Assembly (NCBI RefSeq): GCF_030813635.1
Contig: NZ_JAUSUM010000004.1
Location: 48,851-80,850, forward strand
Direction: 5' to 3'
Origin: Salibacterium salarium
Lineage (GTDB): Bacteria; Bacillota; Bacilli; Bacillales; Marinococcaceae
DNA: 32,000 nt
Under the pieces are notes generated by a model. That model made no database searches. It worked only from the letters and a program-made list of their open reading frames with translations, and was not told where the DNA came from. Of this stretch, positions 20,397 to 32,000 are shown piece by piece; within the stretch, counting starts at the first letter, position 1; each line of letters begins with the position of its first letter. A program made the translations under genes and the position numbers.

Positions 20397-20497
20397 AGAA
20401 AAAACTGTCTTTTTTAGGCGCGTATTGTGCTTGAAAAGGCAGCTTTTTTCATGCTGAAGACTGTTTTTAAGAAGATGGGCTGTTTTTTTATGGAATT

Positions 20498-20526
20498 TTG
20501 AGGCTCAAGTGGGTTTTTGCTATAAT
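20498..20526 (+). promoter_or_regulatory. candidate sigma-A promoter of the pcrB-pcrA-ligA-yerH operon
   Basis: TTGAGG (20498-20503), an exactly 17-nt spacer, then TATAAT (20521-20526), 45 nt upstream of the pcrB start. Confidence 0.5.
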
Positions 20527-20570
20527 TAGGTGTCGGAAAGTAATGAAGAATGAATAGTGGAGGAGCAGAA

Positions 20571-21284
20571 ATGCTTTTATATACAGAATGGCAGCATGCA
20601 TTTAAACTTGATCCCGCAAAAGACATAGATGACGAATCATTGGAGACGATTTGTGATTCTGGGACAGATGCGATTATTATCGGGGGTAGTGATGGTGTGA
20701 CTTTGGATAATACGCTTGCCTTATTGTCACGAGTGCGCCGGCATTCGGTTGCTTGTGCACTTGAAATTTCTACCCTTGAGTCGATTACACCAGGGTTTGA
20801 TTATTTTCTCATACCGACTGTTCTAAATGCAGGGGATTCCCGCTGGATCACAGGAATGCACCAACAAGCATTAAAAGAGTACGGAACCATGATGGATTGG
20901 GAAGAGATAATTACAGAAGGCTATTGCGTATTAAATAAGGACGCTAAAGTCGCTTCGTTAACGGATGCCGATACGTCGTTTGACGTGGAAGATGTAAAAG
21001 CGAGTGCTTTACTTGCTGACCGCTTGTTTCATTTGCCTGTTTTTTATTTAGAATACAGTGGAACTTACGGTGACCCCGAGATGGTAAAAGCTGCAGCAGA
21101 TACATTGCAACAGGCAAGATTGTTTTACGGCGGCGGCATACAAAATGCAGAGCAGGCAGCCGAAATGAGTAAAATAGCGGACACAATCATTGTCGGAAAC
21201 ATCGTTTATGATGATTTAAAAGCAGCGCTGTCGACGGTGAATGCTGTTAAAAACAGTAGCCAAGACAAAACAAATAACGTATAA
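20571..21284 (+). CDS. pcrB: heptaprenylglyceryl phosphate synthase
   Basis: The start was moved to ATG 20571 (GGAGGAG SD). MLLYTEWQHAFKLDPAKD...CDSGTDAIIIGGSDGVT parallels B. subtilis PcrB. Confidence 0.9.
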   Translation: MLLYTEWQHAFKLDPAKDIDDESLETICDSGTDAIIIGGSDGVTLDNTLALLSRVRRHSVACALEISTLESITPGFDYFLIPTVLNAGDSRWITGMHQQALKEYGTMMDWEEIITEGYCVLNKDAKVASLTDADTSFDVEDVKASALLADRLFHLPVFYLEYSGTYGDPEMVKAAADTLQQARLFYGGGIQNAEQAAEMSKIADTIIVGNIVYDDLKAALSTVNAVKNSSQDKTNNV

Positions 21285-21310
21285 TGACAATATCGAACAT
21301 ACGTTTCTAG

Positions 21311-23563
21311 GTGGTGGAAGCATTGCAAAAACAAATTGTTGAAAAAATGCTTAATGGGATGAATCCTGAACAAAAAGAGGCTGTACAACATACAGAAGGC
21401 CCGTTATTAGTAATGGCTGGGGCCGGCAGCGGAAAAACAAGAGTGTTGACGCACCGAATTGCATACTTAATACGAGAAAAGGGGATTCCTCCTTATTCAA
21501 TTCTTGCGATCACGTTTACGAATAAGGCTGCCCGAGAAATGAAAGACCGCGTGTCAGAATTGGTAGGTCCGGTTGCTCAAGATATTTGGATGTCTACGTT
21601 TCACTCTATGTGTGTAAGAATTTTAAGAAGAGACATCGACCGGATTGGGTATAATCGTAATTTTTCGATACTCGATAGCTCGGATCAGCAATCTGTAATC
21701 AGACAGATTTTGAAGGATCAAAATATTGATTCCAAGAAGTTCGACGCGCGTGGCATTTTAGGTATGATTTCTTCTGCCAAAAATGTGCTGGAACCTCCAG
21801 AAAAATTTATAGAGAGAGCGGAAGGTCCGTTTGAAGAAACGGCCGCAGACGTATATAAAGAATATCAACGACGTCTTCGTTCAAATCATGCGTTGGATTT
21901 TGACGATCTTATTATGATGACAATCCGTTTGTTCCGTCAGGTTCCTGAAGTCCTTGCGTTTTATCAGCGTAAATTTCAATATATTCATGTAGATGAATAT
22001 CAGGATACAAACAGGGCTCAATATACACTCGTTAAACTGCTGGCTGATAGTCACCGTAACCTTTGTGTCGTAGGTGATTCAGACCAGTCTATCTATAAAT
22101 GGCGCGGAGCAGATATTGAGAATATTTTATCGTTTGAAAAAGATTATGAAGAAGCGCAAACGATTTTACTAGAACAAAATTATCGTTCCACCCAGACGAT
22201 TTTGAAGGCTGCTAATGAAGTCATCCAGAATAATCTCGGGCGTAAGCCGAAAAAATTATGGACAGATAATGAAGAAGGAAAAAATATTCACTATTTCAGA
22301 TCAGCGGATGAACGAGATGAAGCGGTTTATATTGTTGAAAGGATAAAAGAAGCCGTGCAAAGTGGAACGTTTGATTACTCGGATATTGCTATTTTGTATC
22401 GTACAAATGCACAATCCCGTATCATTGAGGAAATGTTTTTAAAATCAAACATTAACTACAATATGATCGGCGGAACAAAGTTCTATGATCGAAAAGAAAT
22501 TAAAGACGTTCTGGCATACTTACGATTGGTCGCCAATCCCGATGATGACATCAGTTTAACCCGGATTATTAATGTCCCAAAACGAGGAATTGGTGCGACT
22601 ACGGTGGATAAGATAGCGAATTACGCTAATGCACAAGACATTTCCATGTTCACAGCACTTCAAGAAGCAGAACAAATCGGCCTTGGCGCAAGTCCTACAA
22701 AAAAACTGCGCTCGTTTGCTGAACAGCTTGGACATTGGATTCAGATGCAGGAATATCTATCCGTTACCGAGCTTGTGGAAGAGTTATTGGAAAAGACGGG
22801 GTATCGTGATGCGTTAAAAGAAGATAAATCGTTGGAGTCTCAAAGCAGGCTTGAAAATATTGATGAATTTATGTCGGTGACACAGGATTTTGAAAAGAAA
22901 AATGACGATGTTTCCTTAATCGCATTTTTAACTGACTTAGCACTCGTTGCCGATATGAATCAGTCTGATGAAGAGGAAGAAGAAAGTGCTGTTATTATGA
23001 TGACACTGCATTCAGCAAAAGGTCTGGAATTTCCGGTTGTCTTTTTAACCGGGATGGAAGAAGGTATCTTCCCGCATAGTCGTTCCTTGTTTGAAAATGA
23101 AGAAATGGAAGAAGAGCGGCGTCTGGCTTACGTAGGAATTACAAGAGCCGAACAGGAGTTGCACCTTACACACTCTTATATGCGCCAGTTATATGGTCGA
23201 ACCCAGGTAAATCCAATGTCTCGTTTTATTGAAGAACTGCCAAAAGAGGTCATCGATAAGGATGATGATGAAACACCGGATTGGATGAAAAATAATGGAG
23301 GGACAAGCCAGAAAATATCTCCATTTGAACAAAAACGACAAGCAGCCGTCTCTCCGTCGAGAGGACGGACGATTTCCACTTCACACGGAGGCAGTAATTT
23401 TGACTGGCAAGTTGGCGATAAAGCAGAACATAAGAAGTGGGGAACAGGAACGGTTGTAAGTCTTAAAGGCGAAGGAGAAGAAATCGAACTTGATATTGCT
23501 TTTCCAACCGAAGGAATCAAACGGTTGTACGCTAAGTTTGCGCCAATTACGAAAGTACAATGA
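21311..23563 (+). CDS. pcrA: ATP-dependent DNA helicase PcrA (UvrD family)
   Basis: Contains AGAGSGKT (Walker A), DEYQDTN, and the C-terminal Tudor-like tail ([18 protein letters not shown]). The start is ambiguous: GTG 21311, or TTG 21323 with AGGTGG 8 nt upstream. Confidence 0.93.
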   Translation: MVEALQKQIVEKMLNGMNPEQKEAVQHTEGPLLVMAGAGSGKTRVLTHRIAYLIREKGIPPYSILAITFTNKAAREMKDRVSELVGPVAQDIWMSTFHSMCVRILRRDIDRIGYNRNFSILDSSDQQSVIRQILKDQNIDSKKFDARGILGMISSAKNVLEPPEKFIERAEGPFEETAADVYKEYQRRLRSNHALDFDDLIMMTIRLFRQVPEVLAFYQRKFQYIHVDEYQDTNRAQYTLVKLLADSHRNLCVVGDSDQSIYKWRGADIENILSFEKDYEEAQTILLEQNYRSTQTILKAANEVIQNNLGRKPKKLWTDNEEGKNIHYFRSADERDEAVYIVERIKEAVQSGTFDYSDIAILYRTNAQSRIIEEMFLKSNINYNMIGGTKFYDRKEIKDVLAYLRLVANPDDDISLTRIINVPKRGIGATTVDKIANYANAQDISMFTALQEAEQIGLGASPTKKLRSFAEQLGHWIQMQEYLSVTELVEELLEKTGYRDALKEDKSLESQSRLENIDEFMSVTQDFEKKNDDVSLIAFLTDLALVADMNQSDEEEEESAVIMMTLHSAKGLEFPVVFLTGMEEGIFPHSRSLFENEEMEEERRLAYVGITRAEQELHLTHSYMRQLYGRTQVNPMSRFIEELPKEVIDKDDDETPDWMKNNGGTSQKISPFEQKRQAAVSPSRGRTISTSHGGSNFDWQVGDKAEHKKWGTGTVVSLKGEGEEIELDIAFPTEGIKRLYAKFAPITKVQ

Positions 23564-23567
23564 ATGA

Positions 23568-25592
<2,025 letters not shown>

Positions 25593-25718
25593 CTTTTTAA
25601 AGTAAAATTCTTCTTTTTGCCCTTGTGAATACCTAATGAACATTCTATGATGGTACAAGGATTATTAGTAAAAAGAATGAAACATAGAAATTCTCTTGGG
25701 AAACGAGGAGATGGAATA

Positions 25719-26897
25719 ATGCGGAGGAAAACGGGCGTCTTGGCTATGTCCTCTTTTATATTGTTGGCAGGCTGTATTCCAGGTATGGAGCGAGAAGAAG
25801 ATGGAGTGGACATTGAACAAGAGGAAGATGCAACGGAAGACTCAGAAGTGGAAGTAAGTCCTGAGATACCTAGTTTAGATAATTACTATAGAAGTGTTTT
25901 GCAAGATGGCAAATACATTAGCGGGGCTGCAAGAGAATTCCATAGAGATGTTGTGTACAATAGAATGGATTTAGAACGTGTTGAGGTTGGCATGCAAGAA
26001 CTTGCTTCGGAAGAATTTAATCAAGACGATTATTTTTTCCGGGAAGGTCAGTTCATCGACAGTTCTGAACTTAATAGCTGGGTTATGAGAAGAAATGAAG
26101 AAGACAATCCACTCGGACTTAACCCGCCTTTAGGTGAAGGGGAAAGCTTTGAGGAACGTGAAAGCTCACAACCAAGAGTGCTTTCTAATATTATTGAACA
26201 CAACTATGTAGTGGAAAATAATGAAGGGAATCTCCAAGTCGGCGGTATCGTAATTGGTTTGTCGATGAATAGCATTTATTACTTTCGAGAAGAAAATGAA
26301 GATGGAACATACGAAGCTTGGCAGGATAAAGAAATTGATAAAGAGACCAGTTTAGAAGAAGCGCAAGACATTGCATCGCAAATCGTAGAAAGACTTCGTA
26401 GTGAAGATCGGGATAATGGAGCGTTGGAAAATGTTCCTATTATGTTTGCGGTCTACCGTGAGGCTGCAAGAGACTCTAGCTTACCGGGTGACTTTATTGC
26501 GACAGGCACTGCTCAGCCAGGTGAAGATGTGAATAACTGGGATAACTTGAATGAAACACACTACTTGTTCCCATCAAGTACCGCTAACGAAGAACAAAGA
26601 GAAGATGCAGAAGCTTTTAACCAGTTTCGGGATGAAGTTAATAATTTCTTCGAAAACTTTGTTGGAGTTGTCGGAAAAGGTTATTATCAAAACGGAGAAA
26701 TGAGGGAACTTTCAATAGAGGTACCGATAACATTTTATAGTGAAACAGAAGTTATTGCGTTTACTCAACACGTAACAGACAAAGTAGAACAGCGTTTTCC
26801 AGATATTAGCGTAGAAGTAGAGATAACATCATCTAATGGAGCAGAAGCGTTAGTTGTGAAAGAACCTGGTGACGACCCGTTCATTCACGTGTATTAA
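25719..26897 (+). CDS. yerH: CamS-family lipoprotein (YerH-like)
   Basis: The start was moved to ATG 25719 (AGGAG SD). Signal peptide MRRKTGVLAMSSFILLAGC with lipobox L-A-G-C. Size and position after ligA match B. subtilis yerH. There is no terminator between ligA and this gene. Confidence 0.75.
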   Translation: MRRKTGVLAMSSFILLAGCIPGMEREEDGVDIEQEEDATEDSEVEVSPEIPSLDNYYRSVLQDGKYISGAAREFHRDVVYNRMDLERVEVGMQELASEEFNQDDYFFREGQFIDSSELNSWVMRRNEEDNPLGLNPPLGEGESFEERESSQPRVLSNIIEHNYVVENNEGNLQVGGIVIGLSMNSIYYFREENEDGTYEAWQDKEIDKETSLEEAQDIASQIVERLRSEDRDNGALENVPIMFAVYREAARDSSLPGDFIATGTAQPGEDVNNWDNLNETHYLFPSSTANEEQREDAEAFNQFRDEVNNFFENFVGVVGKGYYQNGEMRELSIEVPITFYSETEVIAFTQHVTDKVEQRFPDISVEVEITSSNGAEALVVKEPGDDPFIHVY

Positions 26898-26902
26898 AAA
26901 TT

Positions 26903-26955
26903 GGAGAATGGGATGGAGCCGAGACGCTGATGCGTTGCCCCATTCCCCCTTATTT
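26903..26955 (+). terminator. probable terminator after yerH
   Basis: GGAGAATGGG (26903-26912) pairs with CCCATTCCCC (26939-26948) with one mismatch. The stem encloses a small inner hairpin ACGC-TGAT-GCGT and is followed by CTTATTTGG. The large loop and modest T-tract keep confidence low. Confidence 0.4.
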
Positions 26956-27000
26956 GGTATCATCTAAGTATTGCAAATGTATAGTTGGAGGTGACTCGGA

Positions 27001-27291
27001 ATGGAACGTATTTCAAAAGATCAAGTGAGACATGTTGCGCATCTAGCACGCTTGTCTGTAACAGAAGACGAAGTGGATACTTTTACGGAACAATTGGATG
27101 CCATCATTGGTTTCGCTGAACAATTAAATGAACTAGATACAGAAAATGTAGAAGCGACGACACACGTATTAGATATTCATAATGTCTTGCGCGAAGATGA
27201 AGAACGTCCATCATTAACTCGGGAGGAAGCGTTGAAGAACGCACCAGACCAAGAAGACGGACAAGTGAAAGTACCATCTGTTTTAGAGTAA
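27001..27291 (+). CDS. gatC: Asp/Glu-tRNA amidotransferase subunit C
   Basis: 96 aa, [24 protein letters not shown]..., canonical GatC. GGAGGTG SD. Confidence 0.95.
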   Translation: MERISKDQVRHVAHLARLSVTEDEVDTFTEQLDAIIGFAEQLNELDTENVEATTHVLDIHNVLREDEERPSLTREEALKNAPDQEDGQVKVPSVLE

Positions 27292-27307
27292 AGGAGGGAA
27301 ATAGTAA

Positions 27308-28765
27308 ATGTCGATACTTGAAGAAAGCTTTTCATCGATACATAAAAAGCTGCACAATAAAGAATTGAAAGTTTCAGAAGTAGTAGATGCATCCTTTAAA
27401 CGTATTAAAGAAGTAGATAATCAAGTCCAAGCATTTCTAACATTGGATGAAGAAAATGCAAGACAACAGGCGGAGAAATTAGACGAAGCCCTCGCCAACG
27501 AAAACACACGAGGATTATTGTTCGGACTACCCGCCGGTATCAAAGACAACATTATAACCAATGGACTACGCACAACTTGTGCAAGCCAATTACTTGCTAA
27601 CTTTGAGCCTGTCCATAACGCAAATGTCATGGACGGCCTTGAAAAAGCTGAATCGGTTACCATCGGAAAACTCAATATGGACGAATTTGCGATGGGGTCT
27701 TCTAACGAAAATTCAGGATTTCAAACAACACGCAATCCATGGAATACAGAATATGTTCCTGGAGGTTCAAGTGGTGGCGCAGCAGCAGCTGTTGCTGCGG
27801 GAGAAGTTAGTTTTTCCCTTGGCTCTGACACTGGTGGATCAATCCGGCAGCCAGCTTCCTATTGTGGAGTAGTAGGGTTGAAGCCAACCTACGGAAGAGT
27901 TTCCCGCTATGGTTTGGTAGCCTTTGCTTCTTCTTTGGATCAAATTGGACCGCTCACACAAACAGTAGAAGATAATGCACTTGTCCTCGGACAAATTGCA
28001 GGTCATTCTAAGAGTGACTCCACGTCCGCTGACGTTCCTGTATCAGATTATCTTTCTTCCCTTACAGGCGATGTTAAAGGGATGAAAATAGCTGTCCCAA
28101 AGGAATATCTCGGAGAAGGTGTTAGTGAAGACGTAAGAAATCGTGTTCTTGAAGCGTTAAAAGTATTGGAAGAGCAAGGGGCAAGTTGGGAAGAAGTATC
28201 CCTTCCGCATTCGCAATACGCGGTAGCAGCTTATTATCTATTGGCTTCTTCTGAAGCGTCTGCTAACCTGGCACGATTTGATGGTGTCCGTTATGGTGTA
28301 CGCGCTGAACAGGCAGACAACTTAATTGACATGTACAAGCATACACGCAGTCAAGGCTTTGGGGATGAAGTGAAACGCCGGATTATGCTTGGAACCTTTG
28401 CGCTCAGTTCCGGTTATTACGACGCTTATTACAAAAAAGCACAAAAGGTAAGAACTTTAATTAAACAAGACTTCGATAATATTTTGAAAGACTATGATGT
28501 CATCGTTGGACCAACTGCTCCGACAACGGCCTTTAAGGTAGGAGAAAAAGTGAACGATCCGTTAACGATGTATGCGAACGATATTCTAACGATTCCTGTA
28601 AACTTAGCTGGCGTACCAGCGATTTCAGTTCCATGCGGATTTTCAGGCGGATTGCCGGTTGGACTTCAAATTATCTCAAGACCGTTCGAAGAAGGAACGG
28701 TGTATCGCGCAGCTCATGCATATGAACAAGCGACAAATCATAACAAGACTAAGCCGGAATTGTAA
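27308..28765 (+). CDS. gatA: Asp/Glu-tRNA amidotransferase subunit A
   Basis: 485 aa with the amidase signature [14 protein letters not shown]...[12 protein letters not shown]. Confidence 0.96.
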   Translation: MSILEESFSSIHKKLHNKELKVSEVVDASFKRIKEVDNQVQAFLTLDEENARQQAEKLDEALANENTRGLLFGLPAGIKDNIITNGLRTTCASQLLANFEPVHNANVMDGLEKAESVTIGKLNMDEFAMGSSNENSGFQTTRNPWNTEYVPGGSSGGAAAAVAAGEVSFSLGSDTGGSIRQPASYCGVVGLKPTYGRVSRYGLVAFASSLDQIGPLTQTVEDNALVLGQIAGHSKSDSTSADVPVSDYLSSLTGDVKGMKIAVPKEYLGEGVSEDVRNRVLEALKVLEEQGASWEEVSLPHSQYAVAAYYLLASSEASANLARFDGVRYGVRAEQADNLIDMYKHTRSQGFGDEVKRRIMLGTFALSSGYYDAYYKKAQKVRTLIKQDFDNILKDYDVIVGPTAPTTAFKVGEKVNDPLTMYANDILTIPVNLAGVPAISVPCGFSGGLPVGLQIISRPFEEGTVYRAAHAYEQATNHNKTKPEL

Positions 28766-28780
28766 GGGGGGAAAACGAAG

Positions 28781-30214
28781 ATGAAATTTGATACAGTCAT
28801 TGGACTTGAAGTTCACTCTGAATTAAAAACAAACACGAAAATCTTTTGTAATTGCTCCACCGAATTCGGCGCACCACCGAATACGCATACTTGTCCCGTG
28901 TGTCTCGGTCATCCTGGCGTGTTGCCTGTTTTAAATAAACGCGCGGTGGAATATGCTATGAAAGCAGCACTTGCGTTGAATTGTGAGGTTGCGGAGGAAA
29001 CAAAGTTTGATCGGAAAAACTATTTCTATCCTGATAATCCGAAAGCATACCAAATTTCCCAGTTTGATAAACCAATCGGGGAAAACGGATATCTTGAAAT
29101 TGAAGTAGAAGGATACAAAAAGAAAATCGGTATTACCCGAATTCATATGGAAGAAGACGCAGGAAAGTTAACACATGACGATTTTGACGATCACAGTCTT
29201 GTGGATTTTAACAGAGTCGGGACACCATTAATTGAAATTGTATCCGAACCGGATATTGAAACACCGGAAGAAGCGTATGCGTATTTAGAGAAATTGAAGG
29301 CTATTTTACAATATACCGAGGTTTCTGATTGTAAAATGGAAGAAGGATCACTCCGTTGTGATGCAAATATTTCTCTAAAACCGGCTGGACAAGAAGAGTT
29401 TGGAACAAAAACCGAGTTGAAAAACCTTAACTCCTTTACAAACGTCCAAAAAGGTCTAGCGTTTGAAGAAAAACGTCAAGAGCAAGAATTGTTATCTGGT
29501 GGAGAAATTCTGCAGGAAACAAGACGCTGGGATGATGCGAAAAAAGAAACAACATTAATGCGCGTCAAAGAAGGATCTGACGATTACCGTTACTTCCCAG
29601 AACCGGACCTTGTTTCTCTTTATATTGATAAAGACTGGGAGCAGAAAATCAAAGCCGATATTCCAGAACTCCCGGATGAGAGAAAAGCAAGATATATTCA
29701 AGAATTCGATCTCCCGGAATATGATGCTGGTGTTATGACACAATCGAAGAATATGGCCGATTTCTTCCAGGAGACAATTAATCAAGGAGCAGATCCAAAG
29801 CAAGCTGCTAACTGGTTAATGGGGGATGTGAACGGATATCTGAATTCGAACGATCTAGAACTTGCAGATACAGCTCTCACCCCTGAAGGTTTAGCGACAT
29901 TGATTAGTCTCATTGAAAAAGGAACCATATCCAGTAAGATTGCCAAAACAGTATTCACGGATTTGATTGAACAAGGCGGCGACCCTGAACAGATTGTAAA
30001 AGACAAAGGGCTTGTTCAGATTTCCGATGAAGGGGAACTGAAGCAAATTGTCGATACAATTCTTGAAAATAATCCTCAATCCATTGAAGATTATAATAAT
30101 GGAAAAGACAAAGCACTTGGTTTCCTTGTCGGGCAAGTGATGAAAGAGACAAAAGGAAAAGCGAATCCACAACTAGTGAATAAACTGATATTAGAAGGCA
30201 TTGAAGCGAAATAA
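28781..30214 (+). CDS. gatB: Asp/Glu-tRNA amidotransferase subunit B
   Basis: 477 aa, [15 protein letters not shown]...[10 protein letters not shown], with a C-terminal YqeY-like tail. Confidence 0.96.
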   Translation: MKFDTVIGLEVHSELKTNTKIFCNCSTEFGAPPNTHTCPVCLGHPGVLPVLNKRAVEYAMKAALALNCEVAEETKFDRKNYFYPDNPKAYQISQFDKPIGENGYLEIEVEGYKKKIGITRIHMEEDAGKLTHDDFDDHSLVDFNRVGTPLIEIVSEPDIETPEEAYAYLEKLKAILQYTEVSDCKMEEGSLRCDANISLKPAGQEEFGTKTELKNLNSFTNVQKGLAFEEKRQEQELLSGGEILQETRRWDDAKKETTLMRVKEGSDDYRYFPEPDLVSLYIDKDWEQKIKADIPELPDERKARYIQEFDLPEYDAGVMTQSKNMADFFQETINQGADPKQAANWLMGDVNGYLNSNDLELADTALTPEGLATLISLIEKGTISSKIAKTVFTDLIEQGGDPEQIVKDKGLVQISDEGELKQIVDTILENNPQSIEDYNNGKDKALGFLVGQVMKETKGKANPQLVNKLILEGIEAK

Positions 30215-30228
30215 AGAAAATAAAAAAA

Positions 30229-30266
30229 CAGTCCCCTCTATAGCTGAAGGGGATTGTTTTGTTTTC
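30229..30266. terminator. bidirectional intrinsic terminator shared by convergent gatB and the phosphoesterase gene
   Basis: CAGTCCCCT (30229-30237), a 10-nt loop, then AGGGGATTG (30248-30256). It is flanked by an A-run (AAAAAAA) on the left and TTTTGTTTT on the right, so each strand sees a stem plus a U-tract. Confidence 0.8.
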
Positions 30267-30336
30267 TGAGGGATAAATGTTTGTGGTGAAGGACGTTAGG
30301 ATATGTTCCTGCTAATTTTGTCGTCCGCGCTCCGCG

Positions 30337-31068
30337 TTATTCTACTTCTACTGGTACAGAAACCGTGCTATACGCTGCGTCTTCATAAATCAACGCATTT
30401 AGTTGCTTTTGAAATCCAGCTCCTCCGTCGATTCCAATTTTGTCTGATTGAAACCAAACACTAGCATCCTCATGAAGCGTGAGCGTCGGGGTATGGCCGA
30501 AAACAACCGTTTTATCGACAGAGTGATTTGATTCGAGAAAAGGAGAACGTATCCACACAAAAGTATGTTCAGATGCTTGTTTCCAGTTTTCTAAAAAAGG
30601 ATCGATACCTGCGTGAACGAGGATGTGATCTGTGGTCTCTTCATATAACTGTAGGTTTTTGATGAATTCTAAATGATCTGGATAATCCCGCCGGATGGCA
30701 TGTTCGATTTCATCAAATGGACTTGAAATCAAATCATCGCCAACATAACTTTTTAATGTTTCCCTTCCCCCGTTTTCAAACCAGAGCCCTACATTACTTT
30801 TATCTTCATTTTCAAAAGCATCAAGCATCATGGCTTCATGATTTCCTTTTAAAAAAGTAATATTAGAACCGGCCGTTTCTTTTAATTCTAATAAATACTC
30901 GATAACCTCATTTGATTGCGGTCCCCGGTCAATATAGTCTCCCAACAAATATAAAACGTCCTCTGCTGGTTGGTAATCCAGCTTTGCTAATAGGGAAGTA
31001 AACGCTTCAAACTGACCGTGTATATCTGAAATAAAAATCTCGCGTGCGATACTTCTCACCTCATTCAC
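30337..31068 (-). CDS. PPP-family metallophosphoesterase (lambda-phosphatase / ApaH-PrpE-like Ser/Thr phosphatase fold)
   Basis: Motif series SDIHG ... GDYIDRG ... GNHE ... VHAG ... GHT. The start codon is unresolved: GTG 31068 has no SD (see finding). Confidence 0.8.
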   Translation of the reverse strand: MNEVRSIAREIFISDIHGQFEAFTSLLAKLDYQPAEDVLYLLGDYIDRGPQSNEVIEYLLELKETAGSNITFLKGNHEAMMLDAFENEDKSNVGLWFENGGRETLKSYVGDDLISSPFDEIEHAIRRDYPDHLEFIKNLQLYEETTDHILVHAGIDPFLENWKQASEHTFVWIRSPFLESNHSVDKTVVFGHTPTLTLHEDASVWFQSDKIGIDGGAGFQKQLNALIYEDAAYSTVSVPVEVE

Positions 31069-31272
31069 ATAGTTTATCTATCAGTATTCATTCCCATAAT
31101 GTCCCAAGTGAAAACTAAAAAAATCGACATCTCAGTAATAGGAGGTTGTGTGGTTGAACAAGCTTGGAAGTTTGGGCGTTTAGTTGATAATTATGATGAG
31201 TCACTCCTCGCCAGTTCGTCGATTTTGGTGTACGATAGAGGTAAGATTAATTTTCGAAATGGGAGAACATTT

Positions 31273-32000
31273 ATGGAACGAGCACGAGTAATCTACAATC
31301 CTACTTCTGGCAGAGAGCACATGAAAAAGCAATTGCCATATGTCCTTGACAGATTGGAAACAGAAGGATATGAAACATCAGCTCATATGACAAAAGGGGA
31401 AGAGGATGCTAAAGAGGAAGCACGAAGAGCCGGACGAGCTGGTTTTGACGTTGTCATTGCAGCTGGAGGAGACGGAACCATATTTGAAGTCGTCAATGGC
31501 TTGGCGGAACTAGAACATAGACCGAAGCTTGGTCTTATTCCAGCTGGCACGACAAACGACTTGGCACGAGCGCTTGGGATAGATGGAAGTAATATAGAAT
31601 CAGTCTGTGATGTCATATGTTCGAATAATGTTCAACCTGTTGATATTGGAAAAGTGAATAATCAGTATTTTATCAATATTGCAGCGGGAGGAAAGTTAAC
31701 CGAACTTACATATGATACCCCAAGTAAATTAAAAACGATGTTAGGTCAGTTTGCTTACTATGTGAAAGGCTTTGAAAAGCTTCGTTTCCTAAAACCGAAA
31801 TATGCACGAATTGAATATGACGGCAAATTATTTGAAGGCGAAATTATGATGTTTTTGATTTCTAACACTAATTCTGTCGGAGGATTTGAAAAGCTGTTAC
31901 CTAATGCTAGTTTTGACGACGGAATGTTCGATATGATTGTGATTAAAAAAACGAATATCCCTGAGTTGATTCGTATCGGCAGTCAAGCCTTAAATGGAGA
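31273..32000 (+). CDS. dagK: diacylglycerol kinase (partial, continues past window end)
   Basis: My own translation from ATG 31273 (GGGAGA SD 6 nt upstream) reads MERARVIYNPTSGREHMKKQLPYVLDRLETEGYETSAH...VVIAAGGDGTIFEVVNGLA...IPAGTTNDLARAL...YFINIAAGGKLTELTYDTPSKLK. This is colinear with B. subtilis DagK (YerQ). It is missing from the ORF track because there is no in-window stop. Confidence 0.9.
   Translation, partial: MERARVIYNPTSGREHMKKQLPYVLDRLETEGYETSAHMTKGEEDAKEEARRAGRAGFDVVIAAGGDGTIFEVVNGLAELEHRPKLGLIPAGTTNDLARALGIDGSNIESVCDVICSNNVQPVDIGKVNNQYFINIAAGGKLTELTYDTPSKLKTMLGQFAYYVKGFEKLRFLKPKYARIEYDGKLFEGEIMMFLISNTNSVGGFEKLLPNASFDDGMFDMIVIKKTNIPELIRIGSQALNG

Noticed and set aside
20414-20626. 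70-aa minus-strand ORF in the yerC-pcrB spacer
   Set aside because: It overlaps the predicted pcrB promoter, SD and start, has no SD of its own, and translates T/A runs.

Overview
This looks like an ordinary core-genome window from a Bacillaceae-type Firmicute. The species cannot be determined from the sequence. Acidic proteins and acidic lipoprotein tethers hint at a moderately halophilic lineage. From memory, gene order is colinear with the B. subtilis yebG-pur / yerABC-pcrBA-ligA-yerH / gatCAB / dagK regions.

Content, left to right:
- The 3' end of an amidohydrolase-like gene.
- A divergent patatin-like lipase next to a type III polyketide synthase plus a translationally coupled membrane methyltransferase (bpsA/bpsB-like).
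- yebG-like NETI protein.
- The pur leader: PurBox pair, promoter, guanine riboswitch and attenuator.
- The complete 12-gene purEKBCSQLFMNHD operon and its terminator.
- A 615-bp ORF-free spacer. Its first ~400 bp are hairpin- and repeat-dense.
- A DUF2892 membrane protein on the minus strand.
- yerA-like adenine deaminase, yerB lipoprotein and yerC.
- The pcrB-pcrA-ligA-yerH operon.
- gatCAB with a bidirectional terminator.
- A PPP-family metallophosphoesterase on the minus strand.
- The 5' part of dagK, which runs off the window and is therefore absent from the ORF track.

I see no transposase, integrase, CRISPR array, tRNA/rRNA or defence-type gene cluster, and no convincing evidence for a novel protein system. 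The only unexplained element is the structured non-coding island at ~16162-16560. It could be an ncRNA, a dispersed repeat or a decay scar. The other findings are small: start-codon and leader oddities, and a lipid-related gene neighbourhood. Several ORF-track starts were moved to Shine-Dalgarno-supported starts that agree with homolog N-termini recalled from B. subtilis.
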